Part shown: one piece after another, positions 38,319 to 50,180 of the stretch
Position numbering within the stretch: position 1 is the first letter of the stretch
How the letters are laid out: the number at the start of each line of letters is the position of its first letter
Assembly (NCBI GenBank): GCA_002811645.1
Contig: PDIP01000012.1
Coordinates: forward strand, 54,452-118,451
DNA: 64,000 nucleotides
Reading direction: 5' to 3'
Origin: Corallochytrium limacisporum Hawaii
Taxonomy: Eukaryota; Protista; Pluriformea
Made by a program: the position numbers and the translations under genes
Notes under the pieces: generated by a model
Databases searched by the model: none
Told to the model about the DNA's origin: nothing
The model's input: only the letters and a program-made list of their open reading frames with translations

Positions 38319-41303
38319 ATGCCTATGCGACTTGACATTAAACGCGTGCTTTCTTCACGCAGTGACCGTGTCAAGGCAGTGGATTTGCATCCGAAGGAGC
38401 CTTGGTTATTGGTCTCCTTGTACAACGGAAAGATCAACATCTGGAACTATGAGACACAGAACATAATCAAGACTTTTGACAACACGGATTTGCCTGTGAG
38501 ATGTGTCAGATTTATTCACCGGAAAAATTGGGTCGTAGCCGGTGCTGACGATATGATCATTCGGGTAATGAACTACAACACCTTGGACAAGGTGCATCAG
38601 TTCGAGGCCCATAGTGACTACATTCGTAGCCTGGCTCCTCACCCAACCCTTCCGTACCTGTTGAGTAGTTCCGATGACATGACTATCAAATGTTGGGATT
38701 GGGACAATGGTTGGCAGCTTAAGCAGCAATTTGATGGACACACGCACTACGTCATGATGGTGACCTTCAACCCCAAGGACGCAAACCAATTCGCCAGCGC
38801 AAGTTTGGATCGGACCATCAAGGTCTGGACCTTGGGTATGCCGACGGCCAATTTTACTCTTGAGGGACATGATAAAGGAGTTAACTGTGTAGGCTACTAC
38901 CCGAGCGGTGAGAAGCCCCAGATCATTTCTGGCGCTGATGACCGGGCGGTGAAGATTTGGGACTACCAGACTCGCAGCTGTGTGGCAACCCTGGAAGCGC
39001 ACACGCAAAACGTCAGTGCTGTCATGTTCCACCCCGAACTTCCCGTTATTCTGACTGGCAGCGAAGACGGCACGGTGCGCATCTGGAATTCCAAGACATA
39101 CCGCCTGGAGAATACCCTGAATTATGGCCTCGAGCGGGTTTGGAGCATGGTAGGACTGCGAGGCAGTCATGTCGTGGCCATTGGCTACGATGAGGGTGCA
39201 ATCATGATCAAGATGGGTCGGGAAGACCCCGTGCTGAGCATGGATGGCAGCGGAAAGGTCGTCTTTGCCAAGCACAACGAAGTGCAGCAGGCGAACCTCA
39301 AGGCACTCACTGCCGAATCTATGGTAGATGGTGAGCGTCTGCCAATGGCCTTGAAGGACATGGGCAGTGCTGAGATATACCCACAGACCATCAGTCACAA
39401 TCCCAACGGTCGTTTCATCGTCGTCTGCGGTGACGGCGAATATGTCATTTACACTGCCTTGGCGTGGCGCAACAAGAGTTACGGACAGGCGCTAGAGTTT
39501 GTTTGGGCTGTCGATAGTAGTGACTATGCTGTGCGTGAATCCAGCAGCCGTGTCAAGCTCTTCAGTAATTTTAAGGAAAAGCACGTCATCAAGACAGATT
39601 TCAGTGCAGAAGGTATTTTCGGCGGTCAACTACTCGGTGTACGCTCCAGCAACTTTTTGGTCTTCTACGAGTGGGAGAATCTGACGCTTGTGCGTCGCAT
39701 TGATATTGTCGCCAAGAGCGTGATTTGGTCCGAAGATGGCAGCATGATGGCAATCTGCACTGAAAACTCCTTCTTTGTTCTCAAGTACGACAAAGCTGCC
39801 ACTACCCGTGCCATTGCTGCCGGACAGGTGACCGACGAGGGCGTTGAGGAAGCATTCGACGTGGCCGGTGAGGTAAACGAGACTGTGCGTACCGGTTGCT
39901 GGGTCGGTGATTGCTTTATCTACACCAATGCCGCGAACCGCCTTAACTATTATGTGGGTGGTGAGATTGTCACAGTGGCGCACCTTGACCGTCCCATGTA
40001 CATTCTTGGCTATCTGAACCAGTTCAGTCGTGTGTTCCTGGCTGACCGTGACATGAACATTACGACCTATACTGTCGTGCGCGCCGTCCTGGACTATCAG
40101 ACTGCTGTTATGCGAAAGGACTTGGAGGCGGCCGATTCTATCCTGCCTTCTATTCCTGAGGACCAACGCGACCGTGTGGCTTCTTTCCTTGAGAAACAGG
40201 GCTTTAAGGAGCAGGCCCTACTGGTCACCAACGATCCACATCAGCAATTTGAACTGGCCATGAGCCTGAAGAAGACTCAAATGTGCTACGAACTCGCAGA
40301 ACGTCATGATAATGTAGCTTGGTGGCGCCAGTTAGGAGAACTGGCACTTACGCACTGGCAGTTTGGTCTGGCCGAAGAGTGCATGAAGCATGCGAAAGAC
40401 TACTCTGGTCTGCTCATGCTCTACTCCAGTGCAGGAAACAAAAACGGTCTCTTGCAGCTCGCCAATGTAGCTCGCTCCCGTGGCCAGCTCAACATTGCAT
40501 TCACTTGCTACTTCCAGACCGGGGCTTTGCTCGACTGTCATGCCATGCTCATGGAGAAACAACGGTTTGCGGAGGCGGCTTTCTTTGCGCGTACCTATCT
40601 CCCGTCCAAGGTTAATGATACTACCGAGGCCTGGAAAGAGAGTCTGCGAGCCAAGGGCTGGCACAAGGCCGCAGATGCTATTGCCAGCCCGGCGGAGTAT
40701 GGCAATCTGTTCCCGGAGATTGAGGATGCCGGAAAAGCCGAATTCTTGTTGGCTTCCTATCTGTCCCAAGACAATCCAGCGCAGAGCTATCCCCAGCACA
40801 AGGAGGATATCCACCGCGACCTACTAACGGAGGCGAAGTCTGCCGATCCCTCCCGACTGCAGGGATCCATGCCTGCGCCCTCAGGAGGCGCTGCCCAAGA
40901 GGCTGTACCAGGGGAAGGCCTTACTAATGGTGTAATGCAGGACTTGAGTGCGCCGACCCCCCCAGAGCACACCATCAACAAGCCCACCCCAACACTTCCT
41001 CCACCTAAGATGGAGCCCAGGGAGGAACCTGCAGCGTTGGAGGAGCCCCTCATTGACACAGGAGGTGAATTTGACGCCGTGCCCGATGCTACTGCTCAAC
41101 CGCCTGCCCCGACGGAACAGCCCCGAGCCGTACCCCAAGCGGCTCCAGCAGAAGCTCCTGCTCCCGCTGCGGCCCAGAACACATTGATTGACTTTGACGA
41201 TGACGATTTGGATCTTGATGCGGAAGAATTCAACGTCGAGGGTGAAGATTTCAATGCTGATGCACTGGGAGACGACGAGGATGACCTTTTGAAGGAATGG
41301 TAG
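38319..41303 (+). CDS. COPB2: coatomer subunit beta' (Sec27)
   Basis: MPMRLDIKR...SDRVKAVDLHP, WD40 repeats, HNPNGRFIVVCGDGEY, FFARTYLPS, EYGNLFP and an acidic tail. Confidence 0.98.
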   Translation: MPMRLDIKRVLSSRSDRVKAVDLHPKEPWLLVSLYNGKINIWNYETQNIIKTFDNTDLPVRCVRFIHRKNWVVAGADDMIIRVMNYNTLDKVHQFEAHSDYIRSLAPHPTLPYLLSSSDDMTIKCWDWDNGWQLKQQFDGHTHYVMMVTFNPKDANQFASASLDRTIKVWTLGMPTANFTLEGHDKGVNCVGYYPSGEKPQIISGADDRAVKIWDYQTRSCVATLEAHTQNVSAVMFHPELPVILTGSEDGTVRIWNSKTYRLENTLNYGLERVWSMVGLRGSHVVAIGYDEGAIMIKMGREDPVLSMDGSGKVVFAKHNEVQQANLKALTAESMVDGERLPMALKDMGSAEIYPQTISHNPNGRFIVVCGDGEYVIYTALAWRNKSYGQALEFVWAVDSSDYAVRESSSRVKLFSNFKEKHVIKTDFSAEGIFGGQLLGVRSSNFLVFYEWENLTLVRRIDIVAKSVIWSEDGSMMAICTENSFFVLKYDKAATTRAIAAGQVTDEGVEEAFDVAGEVNETVRTGCWVGDCFIYTNAANRLNYYVGGEIVTVAHLDRPMYILGYLNQFSRVFLADRDMNITTYTVVRAVLDYQTAVMRKDLEAADSILPSIPEDQRDRVASFLEKQGFKEQALLVTNDPHQQFELAMSLKKTQMCYELAERHDNVAWWRQLGELALTHWQFGLAEECMKHAKDYSGLLMLYSSAGNKNGLLQLANVARSRGQLNIAFTCYFQTGALLDCHAMLMEKQRFAEAAFFARTYLPSKVNDTTEAWKESLRAKGWHKAADAIASPAEYGNLFPEIEDAGKAEFLLASYLSQDNPAQSYPQHKEDIHRDLLTEAKSADPSRLQGSMPAPSGGAAQEAVPGEGLTNGVMQDLSAPTPPEHTINKPTPTLPPPKMEPREEPAALEEPLIDTGGEFDAVPDATAQPPAPTEQPRAVPQAAPAEAPAPAAAQNTLIDFDDDDLDLDAEEFNVEGEDFNADALGDDEDDLLKEW

Positions 41304-41919
41304 GTTGAATAAAAGTAAAAACAACATCATTTGGCCAAGAGAATATATTGAAGAACGTTTTAACACAAGATGAAACGTCCCCTGAAGGACATACTTTTCA
41401 GCAGTTGTACAATAATGTGTCCAGTTTACTTGATGCCAACAGCGCTGTTGGTAGTGTGATTGTAGCACCAGTAGGAACTTACTGTAGTACACTGATACTT
41501 TCTTTCTTGTTTTGTCACACTGTCAAGAGTATTGGAATCTTCAATTTAGCAACCATCCAGGCGATTCAATTCGCAATCTTCTCATAAAGTGAATTGAATT
41601 TACAGAATTGATCGAAATGTAATGCACACACGTATTGTGAATTACCTCGACTCCATTTTGATGAGGAGCTTCTTGTCATGTGAATTGAATGCTATCGAAA
41701 GAGACGTGAAACAACATGATACGATTTGAGCTTCGTTGTTTATTCAGCCAATGTTTTCTGTCTTTGTCAATCGCTCGACTACTCCTTCTTTAGATTGAGT
41801 CCTCAATGGCCGATTTAGGAGAACAACTTCTTTATTCAAGGACAATGCTACATTGAATTCAGCTTAATAAGATTTTTCCCTACCGACTGTGAATTATCCA
41901 TTACTACGTGTTTGGTTAC

Positions 41920-42111
41920 CTATTTATTTGCTTTTCGCGCATTGTTTCGCTCCACGCACTCCCTGAATTCTTTAACCTCGTCCTGGCACTGCCGCCAGTC
42001 CTTGTGCTTAAAGTAACAGTCCATGACCTTGTCATTCTCCTTGGCACATCCCGACTTCTTGATTGCTTCCTCAAAAGGGTCTAAATCATCATCTGCAACT
42101 TTTTCACGCAT
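41920..42111 (-). CDS. COA4: twin CX9C mitochondrial protein, cytochrome c oxidase assembly factor Coa4-like
   Basis: DPFEEAIKKSGC-x9-C...KDWRQC-x9-C. Confidence 0.85.
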   Translation of the reverse strand: MREKVADDDLDPFEEAIKKSGCAKENDKVMDCYFKHKDWRQCQDEVKEFRECVERNNARKANK

Positions 42112-43038
42112 CTTTCCCGTTCCAAATTATCACCTGCAGTCCCCCGCTTCAACAGTACAGTAGTTGTCGTGATCTGTTAGGACCTCACTCGTTCAGTGCG
42201 ATCTCACAGATAGTGAAATATCAACAGATATCATTTTCTGGATATTGACTATTATTACATACCATCATAGTTGTCATAGTTTTGTTGCAGTGTATATGTC
42301 ATCCATCAACTGAAGGAATCATGTGCCTCCATGGCCCATTTTCAAAACACTGTGGCACCAAAGGCCAAGCGTCACCACGGAGCCGCCGGCGTTCACGCTT
42401 CGCCTGCTGCTGTCCCGCTGGAGCCCCCTCCTCCCCGCCCCCCCGGGGGGGGGGGCCGGGTTTTGTTGAGTTTGTGTAAAGTCTGTGTGGCCTATTGGGC
42501 AAAGGCCCGCCCTTAATGTTTGCCAGAGGTCAACGGAAAAAGCAGGTGTCGAGCAGAGGAGGCTGGGTGAGGTGTGAGCGATACTTTGCTTTGAATTTGC
42601 CCTTGTTCCCGCAAGACAGCGGTCGGGTACAGCCGATCCGGGTGTTTAGAGTGCTGCTTGAGTGCGCGTGCGAGTAGCACATCATACACGGGCGTGTCTG
42701 CATCTATGTCTGTGCGCTACCGATTGCTCTGCCCCTCAGGTTGTAATCGACTCCATGTTCACTCCGTCGACTAGCCCCGTTTTCTGCTCTCCAGCAGAGG
42801 ACCGCCCAGAGCCTAGAGCTGAGATAGGTTGCTTTCGGGTGGATCGGAGTAGCGGAAGCGGAGAAATAATCCCTTGAGCACCCTACCCTAAATCTTCTTC
42901 AACGGGGGGATCCCTTCACTTCTCTTCACTTCCGTTCACTTCCTTCTCTTCTCTCGGGAATGCGCACCTCCGGAAGTGGGAGTCTGTCGCAGTGACAGAG
43001 ACCGTCGCGGCCCGGGTCGCTAGCCCAGCGACTCGGCA

Positions 43039-43062
43039 TACACACACACACACACACACACA
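43039..43062. repeat. (CA)n microsatellite
   Basis: About 11 CA units. Confidence 0.9.
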
Positions 43063-43851
43063 CCACAACGCCCGTGAAGACAGCAGCTGAAAACCGTCTC
43101 AAAGATCCATAAGCGATAGTGATATGCGCGCGCACAGCAGTGATCCCAAACCCTTCAGTATTGGATGAGTAAAAATATGCAAATGTCTTGCAACGGAAAG
43201 TAGATCCTCGCCCGGGAATCGGTTGCCGCAAGCAAATGTGTGTTTATGTGCAGATTTCGTCCACGGCCACAGACCCTTTTTTTTTCTTTTTTTTTTTCCA
43301 GTTTCGATTTGGGCCAGACAGCCGGGGCCTGTGAGAGAGAGAGTGCGACGGGGCGGTGGGATGGGCTGTTAACGTAGTGGTAGCAGTGCGTGTTTCAGTG
43401 CACTATGGCATGACACCGGAAAAAACTGGGAGGCGGGTGTGACCCCCCCCCCCCGTGTCATTTGTCCCAAGACAAACAGAGGGACCAGCAAGTTTCGTGT
43501 GTTCCCGCAGCAGCAGTCAGCAGCGGCAGCCAGTAGCAGCGGCACCTATCCGTTCCGACCCTCTCCTTTTCTGGAGGTGTTGCGGTGGGGAAGGCAGGGG
43601 AAGAGCTGGGGTTTTAGTGCAACCTCCTGCCCTTTTCATTCCCTGGCACTCCATTCATATTCTTTTGCTTACAGTACGCGATGCGGGTGGTGTTGTTGGT
43701 GGTGGTGGTTGAAATCTTTGTGTGTCCCGAGATGGTGAGTTTCCGTTCACCCCGCACATCTCGAGATCGTGCGTGTCTCGCTTCTCGTCACTTTAGGCTT
43801 TCCTTTTTCTTTTGTGGCTTCAGTCTGCGCGTGTCTCTCTCTGTTCGTGTA

Positions 43852-43912
43852 CTCTCTCTCTCTCTGTGTCACACACACACACACACACACAGTCTCTCTC
43901 CCTCTCTCTCTC
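43852..43912. repeat. compound (CT)n-(CA)n-(CT)n microsatellite
   Basis: ctctctctctctct...cacacacacacacacacacaca...tctctctccctctctctctc. Confidence 0.9.
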
Positions 43913-44446
43913 CACCCCAACCTTCTCCTTTTCAACCCTTTCGTCAAAGCGTACGAAGGCCGGATCTGGCAGGACGAAAGGGAAGCAGGGAAAGGGGGGG
44001 TGTCAGTAGATGATCCTTACACCCCCCCCCCACTCCCTTCCGTCCCTCACTTGCCCTGTTCTTCCTTGCCTCTCTCCTTCCTCTTTCATTTTCCTCTTCA
44101 ATTCCTCGCATCAGTGAGGAGGGCCCGCAAGGGACGGGGAGTCGCAAGGTCGCGCCAGGAAAGAGTCTTGGGCACGGAGCGGCACGCACCGAGCCAGAGT
44201 AAATGCTGGTACAAAGGAAGTTTCTGCGAGTTGCAAATCAGGTGCTCCAATGTATCAGAGGATAGGCAATCTATACTAGTAATTTGACGGTGATATCAAG
44301 GTGAAAGATCTGTGTCTCTGGTCCATGAACCATGTGACTTTGTGTGAGAGAGCAACGCAAGGAGTGAATGAAGTCATTGAGAAATAAACCACAGGCAATG
44401 ATTCCGTTCTGAAGGGGTCGAATCACTTACTTTATGTTTAGAGAAA

Positions 44447-46075
44447 ATGGACGCCAAAAGTCTGTTTGACAGTGCCAATGCACTGACACTGTCTATCCTG
44501 GAATCGCTGCCGCACACACCTCAGCGCAAGAAGCCGCACGGGCACACAACTGGGTTTGAAAGACCCAGTTCGCAGGCAGCAAATGCTTTGCAAAAACAAA
44601 ACAGCACAAGGGGTGCCAAGGGTAAAGAAACAAATGGAACATTAATTCCTGAAGCAGACCGACACCATGAGTTTACCCTCTGTTTCATGGAGGACGATAT
44701 TATCTACGACGACTGGCCACATATGTGGTGGGATGCCACACCAAAGTATGATATAATCTATGACCTCGAAATCATCTACAAGAAGCGGCCGAAAGAGAAC
44801 TCACAGATGCTGGGCAGGGGCCGTTTCAGGGTACGTCACGCTTGGCGCACCTTCCTAAAGGTCTATGAAAAGGTCTTGCTCGAGGACACTGTGGGAATCC
44901 ACTTATTCCCCGGGGGTGCCCCGGCACGTACGGCTGCTAGTCGTACCACCCCCACTCAACATAAACAACGGCGGGCGTACATCGTTTCGTTCTTGAACTA
45001 CGTGTGCCGCCAGCAGCCGCATCTGCTGCGGGTCAAGGCATTGCAAAAATTTTTGTCGCTGAAGGCCAACCTGGAGGCAATATACGAGGATTGGCAGGTC
45101 AACGAGATGGAGAATTTGACTGAGCAATACGAGGAAGCCACATTGCGAGCTGCATCAGTCGGTGCACACAGCCCGGACTTTCTCCCTACGTTCGTCAAGA
45201 TGGAAATGGCCGATTTCGATATTGGTCCCCCGAGCATACCTACGAGTTCAAACGGACCGACACCACGCCAGATTGTAGTAACCTCCGACGGAGATTTGGT
45301 TGCCCCGTCCGAGGAGTGGGACATCCACGAGGCGGTAAGTGCGAATGCTACGGGCGGACCGACTGGGAGCAACCCAGAGACAGAGACGGTCTGGCGAAGC
45401 GATTTGTCGACCGTGGGCAGTAGAACAGTTGTGAGCGGCGACGACGGAGGAACTCTGGCTGCCCCAAGTGGGCGCAGCATATTTTGCGATCCAACACCAG
45501 GATCGGGAGCATCGACAGTAGTGGCAGGTAGCCATGACGATGATGCACTCCCTCGCGCAACTAGCGGCCCAATCCGCCAACGTCCCGTGTCACCGGTAGA
45601 CCAAGGGCCTCGTCTGTCTTTGCAGCAATCACCGTTGTTTGGCAGTGTCATGGCCTCGGCAGCGGCCAATCCATCACCGGAATTTGCCCTGGGCAGCAGT
45701 GAGCGGTTAGCCCGCATGGATCAGGCCTTCCGCTCCAAGGTTCTTGCGCAGCAGTTGCACTCGCTCTATCTGGAGCGTCCACCCCTGCCGCCTGGCCACC
45801 AGCGCAGCTGGACGGTGGCCCAGTCGATTGACTTTGGCGGGGAGACGTACCCAGCAACCCTTGGTCATCTGAAGGATGAGGACCTACAGCGCCTGCTGAC
45901 CAGATTGCTTGAAAATTTGCTGGATTTGCCGGAGGGTGGTGCACAATCGGAAATGAGCATCCCGATGGATTCCTGGGACTGGGAGATGCGTAGTCGGCCG
46001 AAGTACTTGAAAAGTCTTTGGAGCACCGTGCAGGATGCCTACAATGCCCGCCTCTGTGAAGAGGAACAGGCTTAA
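44447..46075 (+). CDS. hypothetical protein with a possible divergent PX domain
   Basis: RVRHAWRTFLKVYEKVL...LFPG...QRRAYIVSFLNYV...LQKFL follows the PX helical pattern. The rest is largely disordered. The PX call is tentative. Confidence 0.65.
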   Translation: MDAKSLFDSANALTLSILESLPHTPQRKKPHGHTTGFERPSSQAANALQKQNSTRGAKGKETNGTLIPEADRHHEFTLCFMEDDIIYDDWPHMWWDATPKYDIIYDLEIIYKKRPKENSQMLGRGRFRVRHAWRTFLKVYEKVLLEDTVGIHLFPGGAPARTAASRTTPTQHKQRRAYIVSFLNYVCRQQPHLLRVKALQKFLSLKANLEAIYEDWQVNEMENLTEQYEEATLRAASVGAHSPDFLPTFVKMEMADFDIGPPSIPTSSNGPTPRQIVVTSDGDLVAPSEEWDIHEAVSANATGGPTGSNPETETVWRSDLSTVGSRTVVSGDDGGTLAAPSGRSIFCDPTPGSGASTVVAGSHDDDALPRATSGPIRQRPVSPVDQGPRLSLQQSPLFGSVMASAAANPSPEFALGSSERLARMDQAFRSKVLAQQLHSLYLERPPLPPGHQRSWTVAQSIDFGGETYPATLGHLKDEDLQRLLTRLLENLLDLPEGGAQSEMSIPMDSWDWEMRSRPKYLKSLWSTVQDAYNARLCEEEQA

Positions 46076-46169
46076 TATAGAGTAACATACAGTTTATCAG
46101 ATATCCCGCGCTATATTCCATTAAAAATCTCAAGAATCTTTTTATTCCATTCGAAGTACCTCTTTTCAG

Positions 46170-49100
46170 TCATCGATTAATGCTGGTGACTGTGTCCTCC
46201 GTCAGAGCAGTGGATATGCGGAACCCGTCTCGCACGCTCCAGGATGTCAGCACGCGGTGTGCTGCCTGGTCCCCCCGAAGGATCGGATGCGGTCGTTTGC
46301 CAACACAGAGAGCCTCCCAGCCCTGTGCGGCCGGGTCGGGCAAGCCGCCGAAACCACCACTGCCACTCGTGCCTGCGCCGCCAGCGCCAAACTGAGGAAA
46401 GCCAAGGATGCGCAGAAACTGGGGTAGGTCCTCAGCAGCGACTGGTATGTCCGCTCCCTGCTGTCCCTCCGCAACACCGGCGGTGAGACTATGGCTGACC
46501 TTAGCAACCAAAGGCTGGAGTAGCTGCGATTGCGGCCCTAGGCGCATGGCAAGGGACCGCCAGACACTGCACAGCATCTCCGCATGGTGCAGGGCTCGCA
46601 GGGACTCGCTCATGGCCTGCTCACCAACGCTGGAGACATAGTTCGCGGCATCGACCGAGGTGCCCATGGTTCCAAGGACATCGTTGCAGTCATGTTCTAT
46701 GGCCTGCTTCAGGGTGGACAGGCTCTCCTTCAAAGTGCCTGGACTGCCGTGGTCTACAACGAAGTCCTGCAGAGACTTGTAGGCCGTCTGGAGGACTCCG
46801 CCCATCAGTTCAGTGACGAGCAGATCAGTGGTGATCTCGTCGAACCAGTGCAAGACCCGCTCGGCCTCCAAGGTAGGGTTGAAGAGCAAGCGCTGTTTAG
46901 CAATAGGAACCGGCCGGGCCAGTCCCCAGATTTCATGCCAGAGATTCTCCGGATCGCGCATGCGCTCAGATAGTTCAAATTTTGGCTCATCTTCGCCGGT
47001 GCCTGTTAGTTCCTTGCAATCCCGAGGCGAGTGCCAGCGAACAAAATCTATAAATATACCCTTCGGATTGGCTGCCTTAAACGCTTCCATATCACTGAGC
47101 AAACCCGCACTCTGCAGGCGCGCTCGGACACGCTGTGCCTCCAGACCAGTACCCAACTGGGCCAGGGAGGTATTTATCTCATGTAGTCGATCCTCGGTGA
47201 AAGGTGCCGGTTCCTGAGTGTACGGGATGTTCAGAGCAATGTCCGGGTGCTGGACGAGCTTGAGAGTGGCATGCGCATGTTTAACACCGTGAGGAGTCGC
47301 ATCCTCAGCAAAGGAAGCCGCCTCAAGGGTAGCGAATGACTTGGGACTACTCGGTGTCTCGGCTGTTGCTGTGATTGCTGCCACATCATCATCATCGTCG
47401 TCTTCGTCTTCTGCGGCTTCTTCAAAGACTGCCTCGTCCACATCGTAGAATTCATCCTCGTCATCAGACTGCGGTTGGTCGTCTCCACTGCTGCCTTGTC
47501 CTGCCTCACCTGTACCTTCCTTGCCTTTAGCACTGTCAGCAATTTCATCAGCATCCTTCTCGTCGCTGCCATCGTCAGGCAATTTTATGTCCTCGTCTGC
47601 ATCATCCCAGCCCTCTGCACTCTCACCCCATGCAGCGTTCCAGTCACCTGACGATGCCTTTTCCGTTCTCGTATTGACCGCTTCCGGGTGCTTACCCACA
47701 GACCCCTTGCCACTATGGGCCAAGCTGCGCTGAGCCTTCTCTCTTTCACGGTCCACTTTGCGCTTGATACAGCACTGAATCATTTGCAATTTCTGTGTAA
47801 CAAGGGAGGCACTAAGATCGGGCCTACCTTTAGAGAATGCAGCTGCGGGGATGTCCTTTTTCTGTGACGAATCAGTAGTGCTCTCTTCGGTCGCCTGCTG
47901 CAATTGAACATTGCGTAGTTCCTGGCCACTCTCCCACGCATTCCGCAGTCTGTTGCGGAACTGCAGCCAAAACAGAGATGCACCGCGCAAACCGCCTCGG
48001 AAGACAAGCAACACTGCCAACACCGATGCCAGGCGGTGGCCCATTGAATCGAAGGGCGTGGACTTGAGTAGCAGAGGTAAGCCGTCGATTGTACCGTGAG
48101 CACCCTCGGCACTTGCACTGAAAACAATATCCAACAAATGATCCATTTCTCTCTTGTTCGGTGGGGGCGTCTCCAGAGCCGCTTGCAGCGATGTCAAGGT
48201 CTTATCGAAGGTCTTGCCCACTACCAGTCCTGCCCTCTTTACCGTCGATGCAAGGATTTCTCCTCCAACGACATTGCGCGTTACTGCTTGACTGCGTGAT
48301 GTGAGCGCTCCGAGTGCTTCCTTGGCGTCCCGGGGCCCGGCTCCGGGACCTCCACCCAGTCCTCCTCCTCCGCCCAACAGCGGACTACTACTACTGCTAC
48401 TGCCTCGCCCTGGTCCAGTTCCCGCAGCCACTCCTCCTCCAAAGAGCACGTCACCGCCGCCCAAACGATCTACAAAGCTCGCCAGTTGCTTAGTAGTCTG
48501 TGCACTGTGCACAAATTTGCGCACGAGGGCCTCTAGCACACCAGTGGCACCACCATTGCGGTGGTCGTCAACAAGGCACAGACCAGCCTGAACCAGTGCT
48601 GCCTTCGACGGCACGGTCTCATTACCACCAGTGAACTTCACAGCGGGCATGGGTCCCCAGCCCAAAGATCCGTGCAGGCTCTGCACTGGCTCCGATGACA
48701 GTCCGAGATTGAAGCTGCCCGGGTGCAACTTGCGCAGATCACTGTACGAGTCGTGGCTGACACCCCCCTCGCCACCAGCAGCCGGTCGCAGAGTCACTGC
48801 CACGGAATCATTGGTGCAATCATGTCTATAATGCCTCCGTACATGGACTGTAAGATCCGCCAGTGGCGCCAAGTTAGGGTCTGTGTTTGATGAGAAGGTA
48901 GCGGCACGGCGGCGCAGGTGGTCTTCCAACAGGTCCACACCTGCGCGCTCATGCACGAATTCGGGCACCATTGGGCTCGGTTTGATGGACCGCAGCCACA
49001 TGATGCGGGTGTCATTTCGTGCACATCCCATGTAGAACCGACGATGTTTGGCCTCATACTGCACGAAAGCCCCGATTGGTGACTTACTTTCTATGGCAAG

Positions 49101-49568
49101 GACCAGGGCACTGAGCAGGAGACGGGCCTCATTGGGCGCAATCTCTGAGCGACTGGCGCTCGTGATCAGTGCAAAGTTTCGGCAACCAAAGAAACGGTGC
49201 AGGTCGTGACAGTCACTGTCACTGAGACAGAGGCTTGAGTGTCTTTGTATGTCAATGACATCGGATTCAAGGGTGGAGAGGTCTGATAGATCCCCTTCAT
49301 CCTCGACGTCTTCTTCTTCAGGTACAGTCCCTGCACAGGAGCATCCACGGTAGTTAAGCCAAACTCGAAGTCTGTAGTCCGCATTCAACAATTTGATTGT
49401 ATCATCAATGTTAGGTCCGTTGCCAGAGTCACTGTCTTTGGTGCGGTTCACTTGCCCTTGTGACCGCCGCAACAGGGTCTCGATCTTTGCAATGGCTTTC
49501 TCCCAGCCAGTCGCGGCGGTGAAGTCATCGAGCCTAAAGTTTATGTCTTCAGGGCCTGTCTGAGCCAT
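46170..49568 (-). CDS. RAB3GAP1: Rab3 GTPase-activating protein catalytic subunit
   Basis: DDFTAATGWE, PYTQEPAPFTED, LLSDMEAFKAANP..IFIDFVRWHSPRD, LSERM and Q.LLFN.T.EAERVLH. Confidence 0.95.
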   Translation of the reverse strand: MAQTGPEDINFRLDDFTAATGWEKAIAKIETLLRRSQGQVNRTKDSDSGNGPNIDDTIKLLNADYRLRVWLNYRGCSCAGTVPEEEDVEDEGDLSDLSTLESDVIDIQRHSSLCLSDSDCHDLHRFFGCRNFALITSASRSEIAPNEARLLLSALVLAIESKSPIGAFVQYEAKHRRFYMGCARNDTRIMWLRSIKPSPMVPEFVHERAGVDLLEDHLRRRAATFSSNTDPNLAPLADLTVHVRRHYRHDCTNDSVAVTLRPAAGGEGGVSHDSYSDLRKLHPGSFNLGLSSEPVQSLHGSLGWGPMPAVKFTGGNETVPSKAALVQAGLCLVDDHRNGGATGVLEALVRKFVHSAQTTKQLASFVDRLGGGDVLFGGGVAAGTGPGRGSSSSSSPLLGGGGGLGGGPGAGPRDAKEALGALTSRSQAVTRNVVGGEILASTVKRAGLVVGKTFDKTLTSLQAALETPPPNKREMDHLLDIVFSASAEGAHGTIDGLPLLLKSTPFDSMGHRLASVLAVLLVFRGGLRGASLFWLQFRNRLRNAWESGQELRNVQLQQATEESTTDSSQKKDIPAAAFSKGRPDLSASLVTQKLQMIQCCIKRKVDREREKAQRSLAHSGKGSVGKHPEAVNTRTEKASSGDWNAAWGESAEGWDDADEDIKLPDDGSDEKDADEIADSAKGKEGTGEAGQGSSGDDQPQSDDEDEFYDVDEAVFEEAAEDEDDDDDDVAAITATAETPSSPKSFATLEAASFAEDATPHGVKHAHATLKLVQHPDIALNIPYTQEPAPFTEDRLHEINTSLAQLGTGLEAQRVRARLQSAGLLSDMEAFKAANPKGIFIDFVRWHSPRDCKELTGTGEDEPKFELSERMRDPENLWHEIWGLARPVPIAKQRLLFNPTLEAERVLHWFDEITTDLLVTELMGGVLQTAYKSLQDFVVDHGSPGTLKESLSTLKQAIEHDCNDVLGTMGTSVDAANYVSSVGEQAMSESLRALHHAEMLCSVWRSLAMRLGPQSQLLQPLVAKVSHSLTAGVAEGQQGADIPVAAEDLPQFLRILGFPQFGAGGAGTSGSGGFGGLPDPAAQGWEALCVGKRPHPILRGDQAAHRVLTSWSVRDGFRISTALTEDTVTSINR

Positions 49569-50180
49569 GGCGGCTTTTCACAAGTTTTCTATCAGTCCTA
49601 TGTCGATTCTCTTGTTTAGTCAATCATTGTGATCCATGTTTCCGAAGGTGAGACAAGCACTATTCAAGTTTGTTATCTTTCCCTGTCTCTTTGACTATTC
49701 TTGCGGGATGTGGTTAATATTTGTCTGTGACATGACCATTTTGCATACCTGTGCTTCAGGTCAACATGTAAACATGTCAAGGCTTCCGTGCCGGCCTCCA
49801 ATTTAGTTTGTTTTTGACGTGAGAGGGCCCAGCGGGAGGGGGGACCCCGGCACAAGTGTCCGTACTCTCCCCCTTCTCGCTCCCTCCGCGGGCAGAGGCC
49901 GGGGGTGGGGGGCGGGAATCCTCGGGAGCCCCACTGCGTCCCAACAGGCTCATCGAACCACGACTAGGGTTTGTTCTTGTCAGTGTGAGGGTACTTTCTG
50001 CCAGACTGCGGCTTTCTTGTAACGTTCTGCGCGAATAAATCGTTCTTTGAAAGTATTACCTAACAACGTCGAGTGGAATCAGACACTAACCAGAGATTGT
50101 GGAAACTAGTCATTAGGGCCCACTGCACAATGCATGGCAAGGTCTCAGTTTAAAACAGGGAAATCCCATACAGTTCCGAA

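Noticed and set aside
42282-44287. Short ORFs in the 2.3-kb COA4/PX-like intergenic region
   Set aside because: Mostly non-ATG starts that translate microsatellites and homopolymers. Better explained as promoter, UTR and intron sequence.
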